Assembly (NCBI RefSeq): GCF_964188315.1
Contig: NC_135666.1
Span: 29,140,001 to 29,204,000, forward strand
Source of the DNA: Podarcis muralis
Lineage: Eukaryota
DNA: 64,000 nt
Direction: 5' to 3'
Shown here piece after piece: positions 1 to 12,863 of the stretch. The position numbers were made by a program, and so were the translations under genes. Each line of letters begins with the position of its first letter. Within the stretch, counting starts at the first letter, position 1. The notes below the pieces were generated by a model. The model searched no databases and was not told the origin of the DNA. It saw nothing but the letters and a program-made list of their open reading frames with translations.

Positions 1-185
1 CAGGGGTGCCGACTTGCCCCCCACATTGGGGGGGGGGCTGGGATAGATGGAGAGCGTAAATTGGAGGGCACCCAGCAGTGGCGGGGGATGTCAGCCCCCT
101 CAATTTTTGGGGGGGCCCTCAGCCCCTTGCCCACCAATATTGAGGGGGCTGAAGCCCCTTCCACCCTCTACAGTTGGTGCTCCTG
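1..185. mobile_element. hAT-type non-autonomous DNA transposon (MITE)
   Basis: Imperfect terminal inverted repeats CAGGGGTGCCGACT / AGTTGGTGCTCCTG. Related ends (AAGTTGGCACCCCTG) recur at ~27297 and ~59259. The left flank is outside the window, so the TSD cannot be checked. Confidence 0.6.
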
Positions 186-2000
186 TTGGCTAACATTTAT
201 AGGCATGGAATTCCAGAGATTAGGTGCTGCCCAACGAAAGGATGAATTCCTTGCAATTGTAGGGTTGTTTAGTTGTTTGTGGTCTGTTCTACACATTCAA
301 CACAATGCAGAGCAGTAATATGCTAGAGGTATTGGGGGGCATGGAGCTGGCTAGAGTGGACTGCATAACATTAGGCCGCAAGTGGGGGGTCTTGTTTTTG
401 AATGCTCCCCCTTTGGTAAAAGAAAAGAAATTCACAAAAATAGAAAACCAGCACAACAGGAAAGGGCTAGAATACTTCTCTCTAATGTGATAGTCTTCTA
501 TTCATAGTTTGTTGTTTACATGGAGAAGTATTTGAAATCAGAACGCCACCCCTCCTCCTCCTGTAGTCTACAGTGGTACAGTTCAGCCTATTGCTTCAGC
601 CTTCTATCTCTCATTACTCTCCTATGGAAGAGTCGCTATGGAATCTCCACAAACATTCACACACCATCAGAAAAGCAGCACCGGCACAGACTGCCCCGCT
701 TTTTAAAACCCAGTTTGGCCACTTATTTTCCCACTGGCATGGTGTATCTGTACCTGGAACTTCACCCGTCATATATTACATGTGTTCCACCTTTCATGTG
801 TGCCAGTGTTCAAGGTGCAGGAGAACAATACACATATAGGCTGGAGGGTGCTAAAAAGTGAAAGTGCAAACCCGTTTCTCAACTGCCTTTCCAAGCACCT
901 AATCTCAAAATGCACCCTTCAGAGATGCGTTGATCTTCTCCTCCTCCTTTTTTTTAAAATGAACAAAATTATGAAAAGTCAGCAGTTTTAACAGATAAAG
1001 GAATAAATAGGTCAGAGGCACAAAATGTGCTAGAGGGCAGCCTGAGTTTTGATATGGCTGGCTTTTGACTTTCAAGGAGTTCCTCTGCCCGCCTGGGGAG
1101 GGCTGGGGGGTGGGGTGTGCCACTCAGTGACTAATCCTTTGGCCACTGGCTCACACAAACATGTTTTTAAGCTCTTTGTGCAATCGGCAGGGAAGGAACA
1201 CGTTGTTCTCTTTGGCACCCGCCCAATATAACTTGTGAGAATGGAAGAACAATGCCAAGCAAGAAACGACAGCTTCTGCAGCAGGCTCTGCAAAGCGGAG
1301 CGATGTATGTTTACCAAGCATTAGCATCTCAACCTTCCCACCCCCAAATAAGGGATGGAAAAAGAAATAGAAAGCGGAACAAGGCAGAAGCGGCAGCTTC
1401 TGGCAGAGAACTTTGTTTCCTCCTCCTGAAGGTTATTTTCAGCAGTTTTGTAACTTGTATTTACAGCATTGTCTTTTGGATCGCTCCCTGTTCACCTGAC
1501 AAAAGAGTCTGCCGCTGATTTAAACCACTCAATTAATTTCCATGTGTCTGGAGCTAAGAGACACCAATGGGAGGCAGGCTTAACTTTCCCTTTTTATGCT
1601 CGCAGCCTCAAAACAGCTGGAATAATCTTCCGGCTTTATTGAAACGGGCTCCCATATTGCCAAACATTAGGACACCCTTAATCCTTCCGTTTTAAAAAGG
1701 CTGGCTGTGCCGCATAAACAGAAGCTGCATGGCTGTTAGGGACAGCTCTGAGGCCTTTTCCTTCTGTTTACACATGCAGGATTTCAGCTGCTACCACGCA
1801 TAGTTGGGATGAGACACTGAAAAGGGAGGGGGGGCGGATTTAAGCAGGGCAAATTGGTTCTGGAACCCTGCATCCTCAGGATTTGCAGGCTGGGTTCCCT
1901 CCAAGTGAAGTCAAGTCAAGGTTCTCCAAGGGGACAGTGTTGTTGTTTCTAAGAAGGGGAAATGATTCCTAGGGGAATATGAAACACTTTCCTGACCAAG

Positions 2001-2578
2001 TGGTGGTGGTGTTGTTGTTTAGTCGTTTAGTCGTGTCCGACTCTTCGTGACCCCATGGACCAGAGCACGCCAGGCACTCCTGTCTTCCACTGCCTCCCGC
2101 AGTTTGGTCAAACTCATGCTGGTAGCTTCAAGAACACTGTCCAACCATCTCGTCCTCTGTCGTCCCCTTCTCCTTGTGCCCTCCATCTTTCCCAACATCA
2201 GGGTCTTTTCCAGGGAGCCTCCTCTTCTCATGAGGTGGCCAAAGTATTGGAGTCTCAGCTTCATGATCTGTCCTTCCAGTGACAACTCAGGGCTGATTTC
2301 CTTAAGAATGGATGTGTTTGATCTTCTTGCAGTCCATGGGACTCTCAAGAGTCTCCTCCAGCACCATAATTCAAAAGCATCAATTCTTCGGCGATCAGCC
2401 TTCTTTATGGTCTAGCTCTCACTTCCAGACATCACTACTGGGAAAACCATAGCTTTAACTATATGGACCTTTGTTGGCAAGGTGATGTCTCTGCTTTTTA
2501 AGATGCTGTCTAGGTTTGTCATTGCTTTTCTCCCAAGAAGCAGGCGTCATTTAATTTCGTGACTGCTGTCACCATCTG
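2001..2578 (-). mobile_element. Bov-B/RTE LINE 3' fragment (5'-truncated)
   Basis: The minus-strand ORF RVPWTARRSN...LQYFGHLMRR...LEKTLMLGK...WRALVHGVTKSRTRLND is the typical Bov-B RT C-terminus, followed by a (CAA)n-type tail. Confidence 0.92.
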
Positions 2579-2652
2579 GAGATGGGTGGGACCAGAGGGA
2601 AAAGTGAGTGGAGTAACGAAGGCAAGTTTTTCTTTTGTACAGTAGTCTAGTT

Positions 2653-2655
<3 letters not shown>

Positions 2656-2693
<38 letters not shown>
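2656..2693. repeat. (AC)19 microsatellite
   Basis: Direct reading. Confidence 0.95.
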
Positions 2694-2699
<6 letters not shown>

Positions 2700-3289
2700 C
2701 CCTTTTCTATCCTCCATCCAGCAAGAGGCACTAACACATGGCAACCCGGCAAAAGCACCGAAGGAGAGTACAGAGCAGGGCTGTTGAGGGGTGTGCCCTA
2801 GGGAGACAAGGTGTGGCTGACAGGTGAAGCCCAGGGAGGGCAAGATAGGCAGGTCTGGAGGTCCGCATTTGGCTCTGATGCCTGAGGTTGCCCACTCCTG
2901 TATTAAATGAATGTGAACTTACAGTACCCAGGATGCTACATGACCACTTGGAGGAATGGTATTTACAAGAAAGGTCTTGCCCATTTTGATTGTTGGTCCT
3001 GGAAATAGATTGAGGGAATCATAAGAACATAAGAGGGCCCTGCTGGGTCAGATCAAAGGTCTATCTCGTCCAGTATTTTGTTGTCATATTGGGCAACAAG
3101 TTGCCTTTCTTGCCAGCATACTAGGCGCTCATCTGGGATTGCAAGTGCCATCCTATGGCTGGCAGAACTCTCCGCCAGCAAAGCAGCATTCATGCCACTT
3201 TCAGTGGCCTCTCAGCTGAACTTTGGCCAACTTTGGGGTTCCCTGTCCTTTTGCAGAGTTTGTTGCAGAAACCAAATCGCTGGCTACAA

Positions 3290-3475
3290 AGGAGCATAAG
3301 AATCTGCCTTGTACAAGCTCAGAACATTAGTCTGTCTACAGTGACTGCTAGCAGCTCATCAGGGTTTTAGGCAGGACACAACCTGAGTGCTACCTGGAAA
3401 TCCCAGGGGTTGGACTTGAGAGCTTCTCCTTGCAAAGTAGATTGTCGGGCACTAAGCTACGGCTCTTCTGAATCA
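3290..3475 (-). mobile_element. Degenerate tRNA-derived SINE (Squam2-like)
   Basis: The reverse complement resembles the better copies at 59578-59735 and 62227-62386 (tRNA-like head, CCCTG..GAGCTGCTGCCAG body). Confidence 0.5.
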
Positions 3476-4527
3476 GGTCAGCGTTCTGTCCTCCTAGATA
3501 CTCTTGCAGAAGCTGACAACTATTTGTTTTCTTCTTCAAGAGTTTTGGTCTGTCTCAGTTTGAGATCATCTGTCCTATATAATAGAAGGCATATTAATCA
3601 TTATTGCCACTCTCTTCTGTCGGCTCTGGTACACAAGGAATGATAACAATACAACAAAAGTACTTATTTTAGCCTGAGGCTGCCAGGCATGTCAACAACT
3701 TAGCTAAATATATAGAGAGAACAAGCCTTCCTGCCAGGAGAAATCAGAACAGGGAGGAACTCCTTTGAAAATCTTTGCTTTCTACAAAGGGTAGACCCCT
3801 GCTTTTTTGAAGAAGAAGAAGGGAAGGCCCTGTAATGCCTTACTGACAGTAATCTGTGGAGATGGTGATTTAAAGGCAAGACTCATTTGTACTTCTCCAT
3901 GCCTGGGTGGAATATAGATTATCTGAGAATGAATCAAGGAGAGAGAAATTATGAGGCACCCTTACCGTTAAATACAGTGCAGCACACCAGTCTGAATTAG
4001 TGAATTGGGGCATTTTCAGACAACCGGCTTATTAAGCATCAATCCTGATTTGTTTACAAGGAATTTAGATGATGTTATCCCACACTTTCCCATGCATTTC
4101 CTCGACATTTTCCTTGCTGCAAGACATTCAGTCTTTTGGGGAGGAAGGTTTGTTGTACAAGACCTCTTAGTCAACTTTAACTGCACAACCTGAGTTTGCT
4201 GGTATGTTATCGAATCCCACCTGAAAATGTTCAGAAGTGGTCTTGGATCCTTTTTAAGTTGCTAAATAATGTAAATGAACATGCTCTTTAAAAACCCTTT
4301 CAGCATTTCAGCTGGATTTGATGTTCTTCTTGTATGTTGGCTGTGACTCCTTGAGGATACACGTGCTCAGAAGCAAAAGATTCCTATTCTGAACTTTCCT
4401 AGCAGCAAAGTGTTTCCATGTAATATCTTTCCTTTTCTGTGATTAATTTCAAAGAGTATTACTTCCCCTTTTACCCAGTTAAATAAATCTTGGTATGTTG
4501 TTGTAGGGAAGAAAAAAGAAAAACCAA

Positions 4528-4605
4528 GAGTCTTGTGGCAGCTTAAAGAATAACAGATTTATTGCAGCTTTGCCTTGCATGGAATAGAGCCAGCTTTGTC
4601 ACTGA
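4528..4605 (-). mobile_element. Penelope-like element terminal fragment
   Basis: The reverse complement reads ...CAATAAATCTGTTATTCTTTAAGCTGCCACAAGACTCTT, matching the common squamate Penelope end as I recall it. Confidence 0.55.
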
Positions 4606-4830
4606 ACTGGAACAAAGAGAGACAAATAAAGGGTGGATAGAAAATGGACGGAAAGTTAGAACACATTAGGTGGACTGGGCCCCAAATTAACATATATATT
4701 GTCGGTGCTATTTTTCTAGAAAAAGAAGTGCCAGAACTCATCATGAAACACCTCCCTTGTTCTCTTAGAATGCCAATGGTGCCCACCTGAGAGGTGCCGG
4801 AACTGAGTTCTGAAAAAAAGTCCTATATAT

Positions 4831-5304
4831 TGTTATGAGTTTTTTGGAAGTAGGCTGTATGCTGAGACCCTTCTAACCCTTGGATCCAGCAACTGGCGAG
4901 GTGATTGCCTGGGTGATGAGCCATTAGGGGGAACAATGGAATGGGGCTCTGTGTGAAATGGCAAGTGGGTTGGGGCGTCGTCCCCTAACTCACAGATAGT
5001 TAGAAAGACAGCCAGAGTTTAGAGTTGAAAGTGGCAATGATGCGAGCTAGAGACAAAGCAGCAAGCTGAAGAGAGAGTCAGAGTGATGTTCGATTTCTGT
5101 TTGAATTCAAGGCTTTGACTAAGCGAGAAATAAGACCCTTTTGGGGTGTTAAGACTGGGAAACCCTCCATCGCTGCCTCAGGTTGCATATATGTGTAAAT
5201 AAACCATATGTCAAAATGACACCATAGTCTCTGCTGTGCCTCATCCCCAAAGGGAAACATGAACCCGGGGAAAGCGCCTGGAATCCCTGGAATCTCACAC
5301 CACA
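4831..5304 (+). mobile_element. Probable solo LTR
   Basis: Begins with TG (TGTTATGAG) and ends with CA (CACACCACA). Internal AATAAA at 5198-5203. Flanks ATAT / ATAC match 3/4 as a possible 4-bp TSD. The boundaries are uncertain. Confidence 0.45.
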
Positions 5305-7363
5305 ATACGCTTCCCAGGGTACTGGCAGTGGAGACTGGTGGATTGGGGCGAGTGGGGTTCTGCCTTACCAACTTCAGTCTACCCTCAGCTATCCAAGCAT
5401 TCCTTTTACAGGTGAGAAGATCTTTTGTTTTCTTTCTGCCCCATTGGAAGACATGGGGCTATAGCAGAGAAGAAGGCAGAGTCTCACAATTTAAAAGAAA
5501 AGCTCAGAAGAGAGAGACGTTTCTGTGAGCATATCTGCGCAGCCTGAAATCCAACATCAAAATGCAGTTCAGCATTGTTGTTTTTTCTTTTTTGAAGAGG
5601 AGCTTGTTCCGCTTTTATAACGCATCTCCTCATTTTGAATCTCGATTTCTGGGCACACTTGTATCAAGCAATGCAAAAGTCCTGCTAGCTTGGCACAAGA
5701 AAGAGGCAGAAGGTTACCTGCCAACACCACATGGTAGCTCCATTTGTCACGTTCGATGGAGGCTGTGTGCAACTTCTGGGTTTGCCAAAAGCTTCAAGAG
5801 ACACACACAGAGCTTCTGCTCAATCAATGAGTCATTGAACTACCCACTAGGTACTTTTGCGCTTCAAGAATGGTATTATTTTTCATAGCTAACTTCACTG
5901 CAGTGTGGCTGCCTCGCACTCCCTTATTGACTGAACCAAGAAAAAACAACTATATTTTCACAGTACACCCTCGGTTATTTCCCAATGGGCAGCAACACTG
6001 ATGACAAAAGAATGACTCCAAAGATAAACCTTTGAATTGCCCTATATATATATGTTTTTTTAAAAAACTGGCTATATCAAGTGCTTCATTCTCTAATTGT
6101 TGGTTTTGGGGCCCTGACTCTCATATAGAATTATGGGGTCCTTGCATTGAGATGTTAGGCTTTCTTCCATCACTGTTGTGAAACTTACAGCAGCTGGTGA
6201 TTATTTCTAGGTTACGGAGAATGGGGCCAAATGAAAGATCCATGCAATGCAGTATTATAGGAATACACTCATTACAACAAACTCAGAAGTGTCTGAGACT
6301 GCTGTTCAGAGATGAGTAGACTGTGGTCCTCCAAAGGGTGGTGGACTATAACTCCCAAGATCTCTGGCTACTCCGGCTGGAGCTGATGGGAGGAGTTAGA
6401 GCCCAACAACGTCTGATGGGCCACAAATTCCCCTTCCATGGTGTAGTCAGACATTTGTAAAGTGGCAAAAATATATTCATTTCTGGATATTCAGTTTGGG
6501 AGGAGCAATATGGACTTGGTTCCATTGCTGCACCTGGAAATGCAAGTTTTAGGGGTAGGCTGAAGTGCTTTATATAAATGTTTTCTTGTGAGAAAGCTCC
6601 AACCCACACTTTGAAAAAAAGTATTTGTTCTAACAAGGCTATTTGTCTGGAAATTGATGAAAGTCATTCAGTTGCCCCCTGAAGAAGGCTGCAATGTGAC
6701 ATTATGGTAAGCCATGGTTTATTGTGATGGGAATAAGCCAACACTCTCTCCCCAGTTCACAGACTTATGGACTTGCCACTTTCATCTTCCTGGCATGGCT
6801 ACCAGCAAAAGTTTCCTGATTAATTACAGTTTAGGATTCTGCCTGAACCCCAAAATGTGGCTAATCTTAACTATGGTTTGTTTGAAACAAGCCAGCTCTA
6901 TAAACTAGTTCGAAGATGGTTTGTTTCAAATAAAGTTTGATTTAAAAAAGGACTAAATAAAGTTTGTTGGGTTCAGATGACACAGCAAGCCGTGGTTAAT
7001 CAAACATGCAAGTGGAAACTTCTAAACCTCTCCACGTGGATGGGAAACATTCACCCAGGGAGTGACTAGACTACCGTAATTTCTGTCATGCTGAATAATG
7101 GTTTACAACCATCAGAGAGCCCTATGAGTTAAAGGACATTAGGCATATTGGCTGACTTCTTAACCTGCAGCTTTGAATGTGGCTGACTCTGAATGTTGTT
7201 CTGTTTGTTTGGGCAGGGAGTGGTGGTCATCGGCTCATTATCCAGCGGGGAGCACATTGATGTAGGGTTGTCACCTGCTGAATACAAGTCAAGGTACCAA
7301 TTTGAATTCATTTAACAAGTAGTATGGGCAACATGGCTTTAGCCTGACAGCATGGTTTAGCCC

Positions 7364-7612
7364 ATGGGTAGGCAAACTAAGGCCTGGGGGCCAGATCCAG
7401 CCCAATCGCCTTCTAAATCCGGCCAGCAGATGGTCTGGGAATCAGCGGGTTTTTACATGAGTAGAATGTGTTGTTTTATTTAAATGCATCTCTGGGTTAT
7501 TTGTGGTGCATAGGAATTCATTCATTCCCCCCCCCCAAAAAAAAATATAGTCCAGCCCGCCACAAGGTATGCAGGACAGTGAACTGGCCCCCTGCTGAAA
7601 AAGTTTGCTAAA
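7364..7612. mobile_element. hAT (Charlie-like) MITE, degenerate
   Basis: The left end ATGGGTAGGCAAACT and right end AAAGTTTGC.. are remnants of inverted termini; the internal GGCCC-rich subterminal motifs are typical of the family. Confidence 0.5.
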
Positions 7613-9799
7613 TAGGAACAAGGTGGCCCCCAACTAAAGCTCAGGATTCTGTACCATAGATTCACTGTCTGGCCTTGGGCATTTTTGTGGGGTGTGAAAC
7701 ACAGAGCAGTCAAATACAACATTCCTAGAGTGGACAACTCTAGGAGATGTCTGGACCAGCCAGTTGGAACCCACAATTTTATATTTCTAGTCTGTTTCCC
7801 ATCTGGGAAGCAGAAACAGCAGCAACCTAGAAGGATGATGTTGCTGTTTGTGTGTGGTGTGTGTGTACACTTGTTGTCAGGATCCAAAAGAAACCCACAT
7901 ATTGAAAAAACTTTGCAATGAATTATTCCTGAATTTGCTGAATCAAGTGGCACACACTTGTATACTTTGAACCCCACTCATCCCTGCCCACTCTCCTTTA
8001 AGCTAGCTATTACAGCTGTTATCTGGAGACATTGCCCCAGGAAGGTGGTGTTCCTCAGCTGCCTTATCTGAAAGTTTCCCTTTATGTAACCTAGTTACAT
8101 AAGGTGATGTAACAAGACCTTTTTTAAAAAATGAGTTCCTTGAAAGTTTGCAGAGCAAACAAGTGCACGGCAAAGTGCAAAGTATTTCTAATCAAAAGGT
8201 AGACAGGCACTATATAAAGCAGAGAGAGGCTGTGAACAGCTGTAGAATAAGCCTTAGAAACTAATTTCTAGTTATGATTGTGCAATGTATACATAGATTG
8301 ATGAACTGTTTGCACAGGGCTTTTGAAAAACTGGCAAGGACTTACATGGACCTTAAAGGGAGAAAGATTTTATAAAGTTTTTTTAGTAGTACATGAGAAG
8401 CATTCTTCTTTGTTTCTGTTGAGACCCAGTCCAAATTTGGCAAAACAAATTCCTTGTTTTTAAATTTGCTGGATTTTCTCCACCTAGAAAGCCACAGGTG
8501 TCACTTTTGAAAAGGTCACAAAACAAGCCTGGGAAGACTTTTTCTGTCAGGCCTTAACTTTTATACTACTGCTTAACCAATACTCTAATTCTTGATATTC
8601 ATTGCTTTCTGGCTCTCTTTTTCCTTTCAGCATTCTGAGAGGAGTGCTTACTTTCTAAAACAATGGGTGCTAGAACTCAAGACATTCTAAACACCCACCC
8701 ACCTCTAAAAATAATGGCTCAATGTAGTTAAGTAGCAGACATTTTCCTCCACTTCAGATGGGCCCCCTGATATTCAAAACCAGCTCCAGGGCTGTCATGA
8801 CATTCTGGTTATCTGCTCCCACAAGAGATTATGCCCCCCAATATAATTGTGTGGGATGAGTAGGAACTGTCTCTAGTTTTGCACCGGCAAGGGCAGTTGT
8901 GGGATTTACGGCTCTCTTAAATGAGTCTGTACACCAAGACAAATTGGACTCTGAACAAAACGTTGCAGCATATCACAACCCCAAAAGAGGAATTCTCCAA
9001 ACCCACAACAGGAATTCTCTAGTTCAGAACGTGGGAGCTGGGATTGACTTTTTCTTTTTGCACATCATGAGACTTTTCCGTGGATAGTGCTACAAAGCTG
9101 GAGTTTACATGCTGCCTGTGAACAAAATGATCATTTATACCATACATAGTGAGCAGGTGAGGATGTTGGCACATGGCAAATTGAAAGTGTATTGGCTTTA
9201 GCTTTGCCTTCCCTTCAAGACATCCTTGCGTGGGGACAGGGTCGTTGTATGCTGTGAGTTTAAAAAATATTTCCCTAATCCTCATTCCCTCCCTCCTGCA
9301 GTTACTGTAAATTATTAGGGGGCTGAGTGGGTTGTGTCTTCCCCATTTATTTCCATACCCCAACATTCCATTATATCCAGAAGCCTCAAAAAAAAAAAAA
9401 AAAATTAAAAAAAATTCAAGGTCTTTTGGGGTGCTTTTTCTCTTTTCATTTATAAAAACTATACACCTGCATATTTGAGGAACTGCCCAACCATGTAGAC
9501 AGAAACCACTACCTTAGTTTTGCTTCCAGACTGCTAAGCACTCAGCCACTAGAGTTCACTGTTTGAGAGAAGTGACAGTGTTACTGTTTACAAACTATAG
9601 AATAGCAGTAATAACTGAGCAACAACTAGAAATAAACTGTTGGACCAAAAATGGAAGCAATAATGTCTGCCCCCCCAATAACAAGGACATGTAATTTTTA
9701 AAAAATAAAATGCAGACTTAGAAATCAACCATGTAACAGGCAATCCATTGCTTGCATGATTTAAGAGGAGGGTGGAGAAGAAAAGAGTCACACAGTATT

Positions 9800-11960
9800 T
9801 TTTAAAAAACACCACAATTTTATTAAAAATCTTATAATACATCTCGAGTACACCTGAACTCGAAGGCACACTGTGGAAGAAATACTTCAGTCTTCAAAAA
9901 TTTGGGGTTTTTTACACTGCATTTTTCACTTTGTACTGAGCATAAAACAGCACCAAAAGCTTATTTTGCTCAAAGTCAATGGCATACTTAGGCTTGCCTT
10001 TACTGCAGCCATATAATTCAGCCAAAGGAATTCTAGTATACATTTAGCATGATAATATGGTCTATGACAGAAAGATGGCACCTTTGGTTCTTTTCAGAAA
10101 CACTGCATAGACTGACAGTATAGGTTATTAAAACAGTAAAACAACTCCTCTTTAGCAGATTGTATGCACTGCATGAAAGGCACAAATTCTATCACAGTTA
10201 TCCAAACATTATGGGTGAACATATGCGGATGATATTTGAATGACATTCATCTTGTTATCTAATGCTGCCACTGTGATAACACCATAACACTAAACTTAAT
10301 GCACAGCATTAAGACCTCACCCCTTAGTTCTTCATCTCAAGTATGCAACAGCAATTAGCATGTCACCTACATACTTGTTTCCTCATAATAAAGCATATAC
10401 AAATAGGCACTGCAGCAGAACAAAAATCTTCAGCATTTCCCAAAACTGAACTACAATGACAACAGGAAGGAACAAAAACATCCAATACTCCAGCAATGTT
10501 AGCTGTTAAGCCTTTTGTTGGTACAGGTTACCAACTGCACATAATAGCCTCACATGGCTGGGATTACCAATTCAACTGAACCCAATGTCCACAGCAAAAA
10601 TGGACATCAGCAAATGTGGGAGCTTCATTGCTGTCCACAACTGAGCAGATGCTAAATCTCCACAGATAGCAATCATTTTGAACATAAAGTAGTTTTAGCT
10701 CTTTAGCACATTATTGCTTTTTTAAAAAAGAAAAAAAGAAAACTGACCTGGATTGTCACTAGCTGGGCCCTGATCAAATTCTCTGCCTTTTAGCAGCACA
10801 ATTTGGAATGGAATATTCTCCCGATGCTCTCTTCACAAAAAGAGACACTCTGCCACCCTCGTTCTTTGCAGTTACACAAAGAAATAGTATTTCTCACAGC
10901 TGTTCCTTACGCATTTTCGATACAGGCACAGTATCTTCCACAACCTGTTTTATCATCACATCCCTGGCAAATGTCTCAAGAGCAATCTTAACATTTACAG
11001 CATTGAAAGTCACATTTTTTTCAAATTGAGCTGTAGCAGGTGGCCCCCAAATTAACATACATGATTCAAATTTACACCCTGAAAACACAGTTGGGTGTGC
11101 ACACACATACATAGTAACAGTACCATTTAGAGAACTCATCTCCCATCTCACAAACAGCTTCATATCCTGCTCAATGACTTGCAATTTAAGTATCTTTAAA
11201 ATACCCTATTTGTACTGCTGCTCCCTCACTGTATTGAGCTGTGAGCCATACACCAAGATACAGCTAATAATCTTTTATCTTCACAATATCTAACCGTCAC
11301 TTCCTTGACATCACTTTAAGATTCTTCTCCAAGAAGAGCAAAATCTCAGCATTAGAAAAGCAATGAAAACGCTATACATAAATACAGCTATGTTACATTT
11401 AAAAATTCAAGTAATGTTCACCATTTGGAGCAAGTTTAGAAATATGCAACTTTCAGCATTGCACTCTTGATCAAGCCAAACAACTGCAGTCAAGGTAGCC
11501 TGTTGTCGGTGCTCTTTCAACTAGACTTTGTCGGTTGAGCATGTCAAATATACTTAAAGTCATAATTTTGTAATAGGATGAAATACCTACTGACTGGATT
11601 AGGGGGAAATTGATGTGTACTGGAGTTCAACCACAACATAACGTTTTTTGAATATTAACAAGTCCCACCTCAGAAGTCTGAAAACATTAGTACTTGGGAG
11701 TGCTAATTTAAATTTCAAAAAGCTAAAAAGAAATGATGGGCACATCTTTCTATGCATTTTGATTCTCCTATCAGTTATCATTAGACATGCTGTAGTACAA
11801 ATACAGTACATGCAGTCTATGCTGTAATCATGTGTTCCATATAATTTCTTCTCTTGCTAAATCCTGGTATAGAAGAGAATGACTTCTAGTTATTCGTTTC
11901 ATTAGTCCTATCTGAAACATTGGTTTGATCCACTTTCAGTGTTCTGGAGAAATGCAGATT
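9800..11960 (-). other. PDK4: PDK4 3'UTR (~2.15 kb)
   Basis: AT-rich, repeat-free stretch between the stop codon (11961-11963) and the poly(A) signal; the length is similar to what I recall for mammalian PDK4. Confidence 0.7.
9819..9824 (-). terminator. PDK4: PDK4 polyadenylation signal (AATAAA), probable cleavage ~9795-9805
   Basis: TTTATT on plus = AATAAA on minus. It is the only canonical hexamer I found downstream of the stop within ~2.2 kb, and it is followed by a GU/U-rich tract (CTGTGTGACTCTTTT on minus). Confidence 0.7.
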
Positions 11961-12104
11961 TCATGCAGCTGCAGTCTGCCTTGACACATTCTTTGGTTCT
12001 TTACTTGGAACACACCAATCATCTGCTTCTATAGTAGTTTGATAATGCTTCGAAACCGACTTGTTGAAAACAGGAAGTTTCTCTACAGAGTCTGTGGAAA
12101 GGGC
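11961..12104 (-). CDS. PDK4: PDK4 coding exon 11 (ALSTDSVEKLPVFNKSVSKHYQTTIEADDWCVPSKEPKNVSRQTAAA*)
   Basis: CAG acceptor at 12105-12107; 144 nt; TGA stop; conserved DW motif of the PDK C-terminal tail. Confidence 0.96.
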   Translation of the reverse strand, partial: ALSTDSVEKLPVFNKSVSKHYQTTIEADDWCVPSKEPKNVSRQTAAA

Positions 12105-12749
12105 CTGGAAAGCAAGACCAAATATAGTTAGATTACACCATTACTATCAATGTAGTAAACTGATTTTTTTACTGAGCCTAGTTATGAGCAAACATACAGC
12201 CTGGAACAGGTTTGATTCAAAGTTTGAGACTTGATTGTTCTGCCAAGCTTTTGAGACTGAAGTTTATGATGCACCACACTTATAACAATCTTAAAGACAG
12301 AACACTAATTGATAATACAGGAATGACAAGTAGTGAGAGAGACTAAACTTAGTATTTGTGGGGAAAAGCAAAGTCAGATTATTTTTAATGTGAAGGCGGC
12401 CAATCTACATTTATTAAGAACTCTCATTTTGGCACATACTTTCAATTATTTTTTAATTTATCACATTGTAATACTTCCATATTTCTATAAAATAGCCAAG
12501 ATGGCTTGTAATCCAAAGAATAAAATAACTTACAATGACCTACTTAGACAAAGGCAACAGCAGTCTTTTGAAGAGCATATTCTGCAAAGACTCGCTGGTG
12601 ACTAATGTACAGTTGATACAAAGTACTGTCTTTAAAGTAATAAAGCTCAAGTTACTAATAAATAAAAACAAACTTGATTCAAATAAGCTGGTGATAGGTA
12701 CAGTTGCAACACTACAAAATTATTGGGATTGGGGATGGGCAGAACATAC

Positions 12750-12863
12750 CTTTAAGTAGATGAGAGCATCTGTTCCATAACCAGAGATGGAACACAGATG
12801 GAGGTCCCCATGGAAGTATTTAGCATACAGGCGAGAAATGGGTAAGCCATAACCAAAACCAGC
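12750..12863 (-). CDS. PDK4: PDK4 coding exon 10 ([38 protein letters not shown])
   Basis: TAG acceptor and GTATGT donor; 114 nt; G2 (GFGYG) and G3 (GYGT) boxes. Confidence 0.97.

Noticed and set aside
2019-2415. ORFs of 109-123 aa here and at 26272-26671 that look like real proteins
   Set aside because: They are the C-terminus of Bov-B reverse transcriptase and its antisense frame, not host genes.
4010-4225. Minus-strand open stretch with a Cys/Lys-rich peptide (TECLAARKMSRKCMGKCG)
   Set aside because: No start or signal peptide and no recognised family pattern; the length is within chance expectation.
1-9700. Search for the last exon of ASB4 (SOCS box), the expected 3' neighbour
   Set aside because: I found no frame resembling ...SPRTLMHLSRCAIR...LLLEPEG; the gene presumably ends before the window.
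4680-11060. Shared 15-mer CCCCAAATTAACATA at ~4680 and ~11045 (PDK4 3'UTR)
   Set aside because: It does not extend, and a few such matches are expected by chance in 64 kb of AT-rich DNA.
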